The notes under the pieces are model-generated. The model had not been told where the DNA came from. It saw only the letters and a list, made by a program, of their open reading frames with translations, and made no database searches. 64,000 nucleotides of DNA, from IMG/VR virus record IMGVR_UViG_3300027976_000033; one strand, given 5' to 3'. The first letter of the stretch is position 1, and each line of letters begins with the position of its first letter. This DNA is from a virus. Below are positions 8,816 through 17,050 of the stretch, piece after piece. Position numbers and translations under genes: made by a program.

Positions 8816-9130
8816 ATGCAAATCAAAGTTTATCATACCGGTCTCGCAGTTGCATCCATTCAGATTTCACACACAAATGATATCATGGCTGCATTAGAAT
8901 ATGCATTTTTTCGTACTCAGAACATTCATGGTAGTTGGTCCCGCGGAGAATTCTTCGAACTCGGTCAAGAAAATTGCGACTATAGTGCTGATATTAATGT
9001 CTTGGCTCCACTCCATGAAGCCGATGGTCATATTTACGGTCTCAGATCATCGATGGTCGGTGACACGTTTGTCGTAAATGACGAAATGGGATATAGTGTA
9101 GCAAGCATGGGATTTGAGGAAATATTATGA
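8816..9130 (+). CDS. hypothetical protein
   Basis: ORF with GGAGAA RBS. Confidence 0.5.
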   Translation: MQIKVYHTGLAVASIQISHTNDIMAALEYAFFRTQNIHGSWSRGEFFELGQENCDYSADINVLAPLHEADGHIYGLRSSMVGDTFVVNDEMGYSVASMGFEEIL

Positions 9131-10407
9131 AACCGACAATTATCACTTCAGAACCAGTTCATGGTTCACACGCTAGAAAGAATTTGAGCATGGAATATGA
9201 ATTTCCACTAATCATCAATATCAATGATGTGCTTCCAGCAATCGAAGGTCGCGACGAATTTAATGTCTCTGTGAAAGAAGGCTATACAGTCATCAATTAC
9301 AATGTGATGTTTGAAGACACATTCCCACCAATTAAAGTTGCTGGCGGAAGTCCAAAAATGCGTGCCGAAAGAGCTTTGCATAATGCTCTTCGTCGTGAGT
9401 GCCGCGGCATCATTTTTGATACTGTGACTGGTGATATTTTGCGTAGACCATATCACAAATTTTTCAATGTGAATGAACGAGATGAAACTCAAGATCATAT
9501 TGTTGATATGTCTGTCGGACATAGTATTCTTGAAAAGCTCGATGGTTCTATGATTGCTCCATTTATTGTTAATGAAAATATGATTTGGGGCACCAAAATG
9601 GGCGCTACAGATGTCGCAAAACCAGTTGAAGATTTTGTGAAGAACAATCCACATTATGCAGAATTTGCTGAGACATTGATCAAAAAATATGCTCTAACTC
9701 CAATCTTTGAATGGTGCTCTCGTAAACAGCGCATCGTTATTGATCACCCAGAAGATATGCTGATCTTGACTGGAATTAGAAACAGATTCAACGGCGATTA
9801 TGTTCTACATCGTCATCTTCATGAATACGTTCGTGATAAAGATATTCCAATTGTTAAAGCATTTAAACCACAGACTGACATGAAAGAATTCATCAATTAT
9901 GTTGTCGATCTGGAGGAAACTGAGGGCTTTGTAGTTAGATTTAATAGTGGTCATATGGTCAAACTAAAATGTCACTGGTATATCAATCTGCATAAGGCTA
10001 AAGAAGCTATTTTGCAAGATCGCAATATTGTTCAACTTATCATTGATAATTCTTTGGATGATATCAAAGCTCATCTTTCACCTGAAGACCGCGTAAAAAT
10101 TGAACAATTTGAAACCGATTTTAATAATGCGATAATAAAACAGTATAGATATATTATCGCAGTACTCTATAGTAATGCGCAGAAAAAAATAGACAGAAAA
10201 ACTTTTGCATTAAATCATGCTCAAAATGTTGATCGATATGCTCGTGGGATAGTATTCAAAAACTTTGAATATCGACCAGATATAGTAACCCCGAAAATGA
10301 TTCGTGATGATGTTCTTAATACCATTCGCAACAATCTTACGAAAACTGTTAAGTATGAAGAAATTCGAGATGCTTGGTTTTCAGATGTTAAATATAACGC
10401 GGAGTAG
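9127..10407 (+). CDS. rnlA: RNA ligase 1 (T4 gp63/RnlA-like)
   Basis: RECRGIIFD, nucleotidyltransferase motif I KLDGS, EGFVV and WYINLH align along the length of T4 Rnl1; extra about 50-aa N-terminal extension carrying the EPVHGSHAR motif. Confidence 0.9.
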   Translation: MKPTIITSEPVHGSHARKNLSMEYEFPLIININDVLPAIEGRDEFNVSVKEGYTVINYNVMFEDTFPPIKVAGGSPKMRAERALHNALRRECRGIIFDTVTGDILRRPYHKFFNVNERDETQDHIVDMSVGHSILEKLDGSMIAPFIVNENMIWGTKMGATDVAKPVEDFVKNNPHYAEFAETLIKKYALTPIFEWCSRKQRIVIDHPEDMLILTGIRNRFNGDYVLHRHLHEYVRDKDIPIVKAFKPQTDMKEFINYVVDLEETEGFVVRFNSGHMVKLKCHWYINLHKAKEAILQDRNIVQLIIDNSLDDIKAHLSPEDRVKIEQFETDFNNAIIKQYRYIIAVLYSNAQKKIDRKTFALNHAQNVDRYARGIVFKNFEYRPDIVTPKMIRDDVLNTIRNNLTKTVKYEEIRDAWFSDVKYNAE

Positions 10408-10411
10408 ACTA

Positions 10412-10690
10412 ATGGATCATCTGATATTAGTATTGCCTTTAATGTTATTGATATTCGCATTGCTCAGCCAATATAAGTATCTTCAAACGAGGCGAAGAAT
10501 TCGATTTGATGCATATGTTAGGAAGCTCGATTTAGAATTTCATAGGGTCGGTGGTGAGAGTTGGGTTCTTGGACGAGTCGTGAAAACTAATAAGATAAAT
10601 AGCTTGGAATCTATTCACAACTTTGAAAAGACTAAAATTTGGAATTATGATTTTGCATCAATGGTAGTATTGGAGAAAAGAAATGACTGA
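10412..10690 (+). CDS. small membrane protein, hypothetical
   Basis: ATG with GGAG RBS; hydrophobic N-terminus. Confidence 0.4.
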   Translation: MDHLILVLPLMLLIFALLSQYKYLQTRRRIRFDAYVRKLDLEFHRVGGESWVLGRVVKTNKINSLESIHNFEKTKIWNYDFASMVVLEKRND

Positions 10691-11216
10691 CCCTAAACCT
10701 ATATGTTACATCCTGATCGGTCCTCCTGCTGCTGGCAAGTCCACGTGGATTGCAGAAAATTGGATGAATGAATACACACGTCATATCGTTGTCAGTTCTG
10801 ATAATGAAATTGAACGCCATGCCAAAAGTGTTGGCAAGACTTATAATGATGTCTTTGCGTCACATATCAAAAAGGCAACAAAAGTTGCAATGGCTGACGC
10901 ACAAATGGCTGCTGATCAGGGATATAATGTAGTGATTGATAGAACCAATATGACTATTGGAGCTAGGAAAAAGTTCATTGATATCTTTAAAGACACACAT
11001 ATTATTATTGGATATGATTTTGGAACACCAGATAACATTGTTGAACGCTTGCTTTCTAGACCAGGAAAAGATATTCCAATGCACATTGTTCGTAATATGA
11101 TAGAATCATATGAAGCTCCAACATTGGAAGAAGGATTCGATGCTGTTTATGATAACGATAGTGCGATCGATACTTTGAAAATTGTAAATGATTTAAAAAT
11201 ACATGAAGGGAATTAA
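10683..11216 (+). CDS. polynucleotide 5'-kinase (T4 Pnk kinase-domain-like P-loop kinase), no HAD phosphatase domain
   Basis: P-loop GPPAAGKSTW, VVIDRTNMT (T4 VIISDTNLN) and C-terminal RLLSRPGKDIPMHIVRNM (T4 KRNSKRGTKAVPIDVLRSM). Confidence 0.7.
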   Translation: MTDPKPICYILIGPPAAGKSTWIAENWMNEYTRHIVVSSDNEIERHAKSVGKTYNDVFASHIKKATKVAMADAQMAADQGYNVVIDRTNMTIGARKKFIDIFKDTHIIIGYDFGTPDNIVERLLSRPGKDIPMHIVRNMIESYEAPTLEEGFDAVYDNDSAIDTLKIVNDLKIHEGN

Positions 11217-11218
11217 TT

Positions 11219-11587
11219 ATGATCGAATATAAAGTTAGAGTTTATGAGAATGGTACAAAGTATTGGTATCTTAATGGTAAACGTCATCGTGAAGATGGAC
11301 CAGCAATCGAATATGCCGATGGTAACAAGTATTGGTATCTTAATGATAAACTTCATCGTGAAGATGGTCCAGCAGTCGAATATGCCGATGGTAACAAGTT
11401 TTGGTATCTTAATGGTAAGTGTCATCGTGAAGATGGTCCAGCTATGGAATATGCTGATGGTGATAAGTACTGGTACATTAATGATCTGAAAGTTACAGAA
11501 GCTGACGTCATGAATCGTAACAGAGAACTTACAGTTGCTGAAGTATCAAAGTTTCTAGGATACGATGTAAAAATCGTTAAGGGTTGA
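11219..11587 (+). CDS. MORN-variant repeat protein, paralog 3 (four repeats)
   Basis: same repeat and tail. Confidence 0.65.
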   Translation: MIEYKVRVYENGTKYWYLNGKRHREDGPAIEYADGNKYWYLNDKLHREDGPAVEYADGNKFWYLNGKCHREDGPAMEYADGDKYWYINDLKVTEADVMNRNRELTVAEVSKFLGYDVKIVKG

Positions 11588-11613
11588 CATTCTTTTCGTT
11601 TTGGTATATAAGA
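11585..11613 (+). promoter_or_regulatory. early promoter (TTGACA-N17-TATAAG)
   Basis: gttgacattcttttcgttttggtatataag; identical to the 13349 copy. Confidence 0.6.
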
Positions 11614-11975
11614 GTCATAACAACAAAGGAATGTTATGATGGTAACTAAAGATGATGCAATGGAATTTATTGTAGAACTTGAAGATATGATGAAAGTTCT
11701 CGAATTGCGCCTTGATGAAAAAGTATCAACTGCAATGTCTGATCGTTATTTTGCTATCAAAAAATATATCCGAAATTCAGAAAACATAATCGTAAAGGCA
11801 AAAACGTGAAATTCAAAATTGTAAACCCAAAACATTCATGGCATTTTGCTTACGCACATCAGACTTTTGAAGTAGCTGAAGGGTATGATCCAGACCACCC
11901 ACAAGTGCCGGCAATGACGTCGTTCGGCCGGACTTGGTTTGATATCGATGTTATAGAATTTATAGAGGACTAAAA

Positions 11976-12632
11976 ATGGGAAAATTTGTAAACAGATTCA
12001 TTATCTCCGATACGCATTTCGGACACACCAATTCTTGGGAAAAGTTCAAGAATGCTGATGGCACACCACTGCGCCCATTTACTTCTACTGAAGAAATGGA
12101 TGAAGCGATGGTTGAACGTTGGAATGCGAAGGTTAAACCTGGAGATACTGTGTATCATCTGGGTGATGTTGTTATCAATGCTAAATCACTGCATCATGTA
12201 TCTAGGCTGAATGGTCGTAAGATTCTGATTCGTGGTAACCATGATATCTTCAAGGATAAACAATACCGTGAAGTTGGCTTTGAACAACTGCATGGTTGCA
12301 GAGTTTTTGTTGATAAATTCATTATGACTCATATTCCACTGCATCCAGATAGTGTAACAGATCGCTTTCGTGTAAATGTCCACGGGCATCTGCATGGCAA
12401 TGAGGTTATGACAAATGGTGTGGTTTTCGATAAGGATGACCAATCTGGAGGTAATCCCTACAAAAAGATTACATATCCTGATCCTCGTTATCTATGTGTA
12501 TCGGTAGAACATACCAACTATGAACCACTGCATTTTGATGAAGTGGAAGCACGAATTCAGCAGCGCTGGAAAACTGTCGGCTATAATCCACCAAGTGGTG
12601 CTGGATGGGGTAATGGAAGCGGAGCTAGTTAA
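11976..12632 (+). CDS. calcineurin-like metallophosphoesterase
   Basis: motifs DTHFGH, GDVV, GNHD, THIPLH, HGHLHG. Confidence 0.75.
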   Translation: MGKFVNRFIISDTHFGHTNSWEKFKNADGTPLRPFTSTEEMDEAMVERWNAKVKPGDTVYHLGDVVINAKSLHHVSRLNGRKILIRGNHDIFKDKQYREVGFEQLHGCRVFVDKFIMTHIPLHPDSVTDRFRVNVHGHLHGNEVMTNGVVFDKDDQSGGNPYKKITYPDPRYLCVSVEHTNYEPLHFDEVEARIQQRWKTVGYNPPSGAGWGNGSGAS

Positions 12633-12928
12633 TGGGACTGGGTATTATGTCTTCTGGTGATAGCTATAGGACTTTTTCACTAAATCCAGATCCATATAAG
12701 TTTCGTATCGTGAAAACATCTAAAATTAATGGTTTGCATATTAGTATGATCAATTACCCAAACTGTACTAACTACGAGGGTAATAAGTTGTTGGTTACCA
12801 CATATGATCCTCGAAATAGACTCTCAATTGATCCACATTTCAGTGGAGACGGTGGACTAGTTGCTAGATTTCAACCAACATTGATTGGGTGGGAAAGTGC
12901 TGTTAGTTTCGTGAAAGGTTTGAAATGA
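12632..12928 (+). CDS. hypothetical protein
   Basis: ORF; start overlaps upstream stop. Confidence 0.45.
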   Translation: MGLGIMSSGDSYRTFSLNPDPYKFRIVKTSKINGLHISMINYPNCTNYEGNKLLVTTYDPRNRLSIDPHFSGDGGLVARFQPTLIGWESAVSFVKGLK

Positions 12929-13099
12929 AATGAAAATTAATTTTATATACAAAAGTGAGATAATCGAAGAGTGGGTAGATTATCCATTCGTGCCCCGCGT
13001 AGGCGATTATGTTCGCTGCTTCGACGAATCTCGTGATAGAGTAATTACTCGAGTTCAACATACACGTGATTATATTAATATAGAAGTGGACCATGCCTA

Positions 13100-13345
13100 A
13101 TGATTACTTTTCATAAGAAATACTTTGCACTTGATGGACTTCCAGGATATTACTGGAATAAAGAAGACGAAAAACTTTATTCGATTAAAATCGGCGGTGT
13201 TCTGAGACCTTTGGCACTTCAGAAACCCAATAGTTTTAATCACTTATGTGATCATGGATATCAATTATCTAAACATAATAGATCATATAGCTATACTATT
13301 CGACAGATTAAATCTAAAATCGTTGAAAATTATATCATTCAGTGA
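13100..13345 (+). CDS. hypothetical protein
   Basis: ORF. Confidence 0.4.
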   Translation: MITFHKKYFALDGLPGYYWNKEDEKLYSIKIGGVLRPLALQKPNSFNHLCDHGYQLSKHNRSYSYTIRQIKSKIVENYIIQ

Positions 13346-13348
13346 TAG

Positions 13349-13377
13349 TTGACATTCTTTTCGTTTTGGTATATAAG
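13349..13377 (+). promoter_or_regulatory. early promoter (TTGACA-N17-TATAAG)
   Basis: identical to the 11585 copy. Confidence 0.6.
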
Positions 13378-13403
13378 AGTTATATTAAATCAGGAGAAAC
13401 ATC

Positions 13404-13652
13404 ATGAATGGTACAGATATTGTAAATCTTCTTCGCACAAATGATAAAGCCGTTGCTCGCGCTTTGGTTGTTCTGACCGAACGTCAGACATCGGATGAGC
13501 AAGTTGCCGAAAGAACCAAGCACGTAAATGGTCGTGGATTTCGACCAGCGCATGCAAAATGGGTACAGCGATGGCTAAGTTCTATCTTCGTACAGGTTAC
13601 CTTTCTCCAAAGCAAATTGCATATTGGAGAGTACGCGGCAAACAAGGAATGA
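13404..13652 (+). CDS. hypothetical protein (possible frameshift with the overlapping frame 13570-13719)
   Basis: RBS AGGAGA; a second protein-like frame is open over the 3' end. Confidence 0.4.
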   Translation: MNGTDIVNLLRTNDKAVARALVVLTERQTSDEQVAERTKHVNGRGFRPAHAKWVQRWLSSIFVQVTFLQSKLHIGEYAANKE

Positions 13653-13709
13653 GAATTTCTATCTATTGGCGCCAGCTACTTCAGGTTGCTAACGAAAAGG
13701 CAGCTCGCA

Positions 13710-14006
13710 ATGCCGTGTAATAAAAGAAAACGGAGATTTCTGGCGCGGATGATGAAAGCTCAAAATGGAAAATGTGTTTATTGTTTTACACCCATGGTCT
13801 TACAACTTTCCGGAATATCTCGTCTATCAGATAATACAGCTACATTAGATCATATCATCCCAAGATCTAAAGGCGGGAAATATGATATGTCACACAATAC
13901 TGTATGCGCTTGCCATAAGTGTAACAATCAGCGTGGCGATATGTGTATTACCAAATTTTTGATTCAACAAAGGAATGTTCATGAAAGTCTATGTAACATA
14001 TTATGA
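13710..14006 (+). CDS. free-standing HNH endonuclease
   Basis: CVYC ... LDHIIPRSKGG ... HN ... CHKCN: HNH motif with zinc-ligand cysteines. Confidence 0.65.
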   Translation: MPCNKRKRRFLARMMKAQNGKCVYCFTPMVLQLSGISRLSDNTATLDHIIPRSKGGKYDMSHNTVCACHKCNNQRGDMCITKFLIQQRNVHESLCNIL

Positions 14007-14190
14007 TTACGGTCCGCATGAGGGCTTGAGTGCACCTCTTGGGTGCACTCTTCTCTTGAAGAAGCTATGAACTCATTTGATATTTCCCCTGAACGAATTA
14101 TGAAGCGCGATTGCGGGTGGGTTCATTTTACAGATGAAAATTTATGGATTTTTGATAACTCAGAATCAATTACTGAATTCGAAGTATAAG

Positions 14191-14219
14191 TTGACACCAC
14201 TTTAAAAATAGTATATAAG
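14191..14219 (+). promoter_or_regulatory. early promoter (TTGACA-N17-TATAAG)
   Basis: gttgacaccactttaaaaatagtatataag. Confidence 0.6.
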
Positions 14220-14242
14220 AATACTATAAAGAGGAAAACGTT

Positions 14243-14698
14243 ATGAAAAATGGTGAAATGCTTGGAAAAATGCTAGTTATGGCAGCGGTTGCTCATGATG
14301 GACAATTCGATAAAGGTGGAAAACCTTACATTCTACATTGTCTCCAGGTCATGCATAATCTCAAAAGCGATGACGAAGAGCTACAGTGTATTGCACTTGG
14401 CCACGACATTATTGAAGATACAAAGACTACATGGCATGATCTTGAAGAAGCTGGCTTTTCCAAACGTGTCGTAAGTGGAATTCGTGCCATGACAAAGCAA
14501 AATGGTTATTCCTATGATGAATACAAACTGCAAGTGTTTGCAAACAAAGACGCAATGAAAGTCAAAATGGCTGATCTTATGCATAACAGTGATATCCGCA
14601 GATTGAAGGGTGTTACAGAAAAGGACATCAATCGGATGGCTAAGTACCACCGCTTCTATCTCGAAATACAAACAAAATTGGATAAAGACATTGAGTAA
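14243..14698 (+). CDS. small alarmone hydrolase: SpoT/RelA-type HD-domain (p)ppGpp hydrolase
   Basis: AHDGQFDKGGKPYILHCLQV ... ALGHDIIEDT matches the HxGQ-R-sGePY-H and HD..EDT signature of SpoT hydrolase domains; 151 aa single domain. Confidence 0.8.
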   Translation: MKNGEMLGKMLVMAAVAHDGQFDKGGKPYILHCLQVMHNLKSDDEELQCIALGHDIIEDTKTTWHDLEEAGFSKRVVSGIRAMTKQNGYSYDEYKLQVFANKDAMKVKMADLMHNSDIRRLKGVTEKDINRMAKYHRFYLEIQTKLDKDIE

Positions 14699-14911
14699 AT
14701 ATAATAGAGCATTTCCTCTCGAGTCGATGCATAACATGGAAACTGGGATAAGTCAATTGGATTATTTTGCTGCTCAGGCTTTAACGACCTTTGACGTATC
14801 AAAGGTCAGAGGTCTTGATGGTGGTGTTCCAGACGAAATTGCTACACTTTGGGCCAAAAGCGCATTTAAAATTGCAGAAGCCATGATAAAGGAATCAGAA
14901 AGGAGACACAC

Positions 14912-15709
14912 ATGAAAATACAATTTGTAAGTGATCTTCATCTAGAATTTGAAAGTCAATTCAGAATTAAGAATGCCGGCAGTGATCTTCTGATCCTCGG
15001 TGGAGACATATGTACTGCTATGCCATTTTCAAGATCTGAAGATTCACCATATTATGCTTACGGTCAACGATTCAAAGAGTTCTTTGAATACTGTTCTAAT
15101 GAATTTGAACACGTTCTTTATATCATGGGCAACCATGAGTCATATCAATACATTCAAAATAAGACTGAGCAAACTCTTCGTGAAACTCTAGCACATCTGC
15201 CAAATATTAATATACTAGAAAACGAATATGTTGAAGTTGGAGATGTTAGATTTCTAGGAACTACGCTCTGGACTGATATGAATAAGAATGATCCTATTAC
15301 TATGGGTCTTATAAAGGATAAGATGAATGATTTTCGAGTCGTTCAAGTAAATCACGATGGTGTTTATCGTAAATTTCAACCATATGACGCATCTCGGATG
15401 CACGACGCGGCACTGAAATTTATTGATAAAAACACTGTCGATCATGATAAGTGCTTTGTACTTTCTCATCATGCACCAAGTACATTGTCTATCAGCAAGA
15501 GATTTGCAAATGATTTTGTGATGAATGGTGGATATGCTTCCGATCTAAGTGAATTTATACTAGATCGTCCACAAATCAAAATGTGGACTCATGGTCACGT
15601 TCATCATAACAATGATTATGAACTCGGCTCATGCCGGATCATGTCTAATCCTCGTGGATATGATGATGAAAATCCTGGTTTTATGGTTGATAAAATCGTA
15701 GAATTATGA
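14912..15709 (+). CDS. calcineurin-like metallophosphoesterase (second copy, different family member)
   Basis: VSDLHLE, GGDI, GNHE, HGHVHH. Confidence 0.7.
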   Translation: MKIQFVSDLHLEFESQFRIKNAGSDLLILGGDICTAMPFSRSEDSPYYAYGQRFKEFFEYCSNEFEHVLYIMGNHESYQYIQNKTEQTLRETLAHLPNINILENEYVEVGDVRFLGTTLWTDMNKNDPITMGLIKDKMNDFRVVQVNHDGVYRKFQPYDASRMHDAALKFIDKNTVDHDKCFVLSHHAPSTLSISKRFANDFVMNGGYASDLSEFILDRPQIKMWTHGHVHHNNDYELGSCRIMSNPRGYDDENPGFMVDKIVEL

Positions 15710-15723
15710 TCTCAATGTATATA

Positions 15724-15757
15724 TAGTATGCCTAATGCACATTGGTTAGGCATACTA
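15724..15757 (+). promoter_or_regulatory. perfect 12-bp-stem hairpin in the hsp20 5' region (no U-tract)
   Basis: tagtatgcctaa-N10-ttaggcatacta. Confidence 0.5.
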
Positions 15758-15783
15758 TAAATCTTGCTTTTACAGGAGATCAT

Positions 15784-16233
15784 ATGATTAATAAAGCACT
15801 CTCGTTCAGTGACGGATTCACTGAGTTTTTTGTTGGTTTTGACAAATTTTTTGGAGACCTAGAATCTCTAACAAAAACCCTCCCACTACGACACTCATAT
15901 CCACCACACAACATCATCAAAACTAATGATGGCTATAAGCTTGAATTGGCTGTTGCTGGCTTTGCAGATTCTGATATTTTGATCAGCGTTGAAAATTGTG
16001 TATTGAGCATTGCCGGTAATAAGGATAAAGTGGAAACTGAAGATCCTGAAAATCTAAGCACATACATCCACCGCGGTGTGGCTAATAGATCTTTCGAAAA
16101 GAAATTCCAAATGGGTGATTTCTTAGACATCGATTCAATCGATGCTAAAATGGAAGACGGTCTTCTAACTGTTACTGTTGATAAAACTAAATCAGTAGAA
16201 CCTAAAACCGTAAAGATTAAAACTAATGGGTAA
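15784..16233 (+). CDS. small heat-shock protein (Hsp20/alpha-crystallin family)
   Basis: alpha-crystallin domain: YPPHNIIKTNDGYKLELAVAGF ... YIHRGVANRSFEKKFQM ... DGLLTVTV; RBS AGGAGA. Confidence 0.85.
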   Translation: MINKALSFSDGFTEFFVGFDKFFGDLESLTKTLPLRHSYPPHNIIKTNDGYKLELAVAGFADSDILISVENCVLSIAGNKDKVETEDPENLSTYIHRGVANRSFEKKFQMGDFLDIDSIDAKMEDGLLTVTVDKTKSVEPKTVKIKTNG

Positions 16234-16332
16234 TGTTGTACATATCACAAGCGTAGCAAACGTGTCATCACTTATTGTTAGTGTGCTCATGCTTTGCATG
16301 TTCCTTGGTACTATTGGACTCGGATAAAAGAC

Positions 16333-16371
16333 AAAAAAAGAGCGGGAGATTTGTTTTCCCGCTCTTTTTTG
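16333..16371. terminator. bidirectional rho-independent terminator
   Basis: A-run, agagcggga-N9-tcccgctct stem, T-run; sits between convergent hsp20 (+) and endolysin (-). Confidence 0.7.
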
Positions 16372-16374
16372 TAA

Positions 16375-17025
16375 TTATGGCCAGTTATAAAATTTAACTG
16401 TTTGATTAATTCTATCATCTAAACCATGAGTACCGCCGTTGATTCTCTTTGTGAGATCGATAATTGCACTACGATTTACTCCTCTATCACAGATAGTCCA
16501 TAGACCATTTGAATCAAAAAAGAATTTTGCAGACTCGAATGCAAGTTCTGTTGCAACAATATCAGGATTTTTAAGAATATCTGGACGTTTTAAATATTTA
16601 GCAAAAGCCGTATAGTTATTTTTACCAGTTAGTTGAATAGCACCACGACCACGATATTTCCATCCGTCGCCAGATTTTTCATCACCGTTACCCATTCTAT
16701 TTGCATATACTCTATTTGCAATCATTTCAGGATTACGTGCATATTTTTTAGCTGTAGCGGCATTGAAATATTTTCCAAATGTCTTTAATAGACCTGATTC
16801 GGAATAATTTAAATTTTCGCTGAATTTTGTTAAACCTGCAGATTCATGAGAACATTGGCCGAAAAAGTGAGCCGATCTGATCTTCGATAATTTATAAAAC
16901 TTGGTCACTGCTCTAAATGTATTTGGTCCAAAAGCGCCGTCTGGATTTACACCAGATTTTGTTTGCAATAATTTTACTGGATTTGTTTCCACATCATTTC
17001 TCCTATCGTAATATATAATATACAT
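16375..17025 (-). CDS. endolysin: peptidoglycan-binding domain plus GH19 (chitinase-like) lysozyme domain
   Basis: GH19 signature NGDEKSGDGWKYRGRGAIQLTGKNNY; N-terminal PG_binding-like TKSGVNPDGAFGPNTFRAV. Confidence 0.7.
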   Translation of the reverse strand: MYIIYYDRRNDVETNPVKLLQTKSGVNPDGAFGPNTFRAVTKFYKLSKIRSAHFFGQCSHESAGLTKFSENLNYSESGLLKTFGKYFNAATAKKYARNPEMIANRVYANRMGNGDEKSGDGWKYRGRGAIQLTGKNNYTAFAKYLKRPDILKNPDIVATELAFESAKFFFDSNGLWTICDRGVNRSAIIDLTKRINGGTHGLDDRINQTVKFYNWP

Positions 17026-17050
17026 ACTATTTATTCATTGAGGATTCCCT

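Noticed and set aside
11244-11489. alternative-frame ORFs within MORN genes (also 4927-5121, 8444-8698, 53697-53954, 53746-54042)
   Set aside because: These are generated by the internal nucleotide periodicity of the repeats; the MIEYKV frame is conserved across all four paralogs.
17020-17050. AATAAATA near the endolysin start as a late promoter
   Set aside because: It is not an exact TATAAATA and lies only 3 nt from the start codon on the relevant strand.
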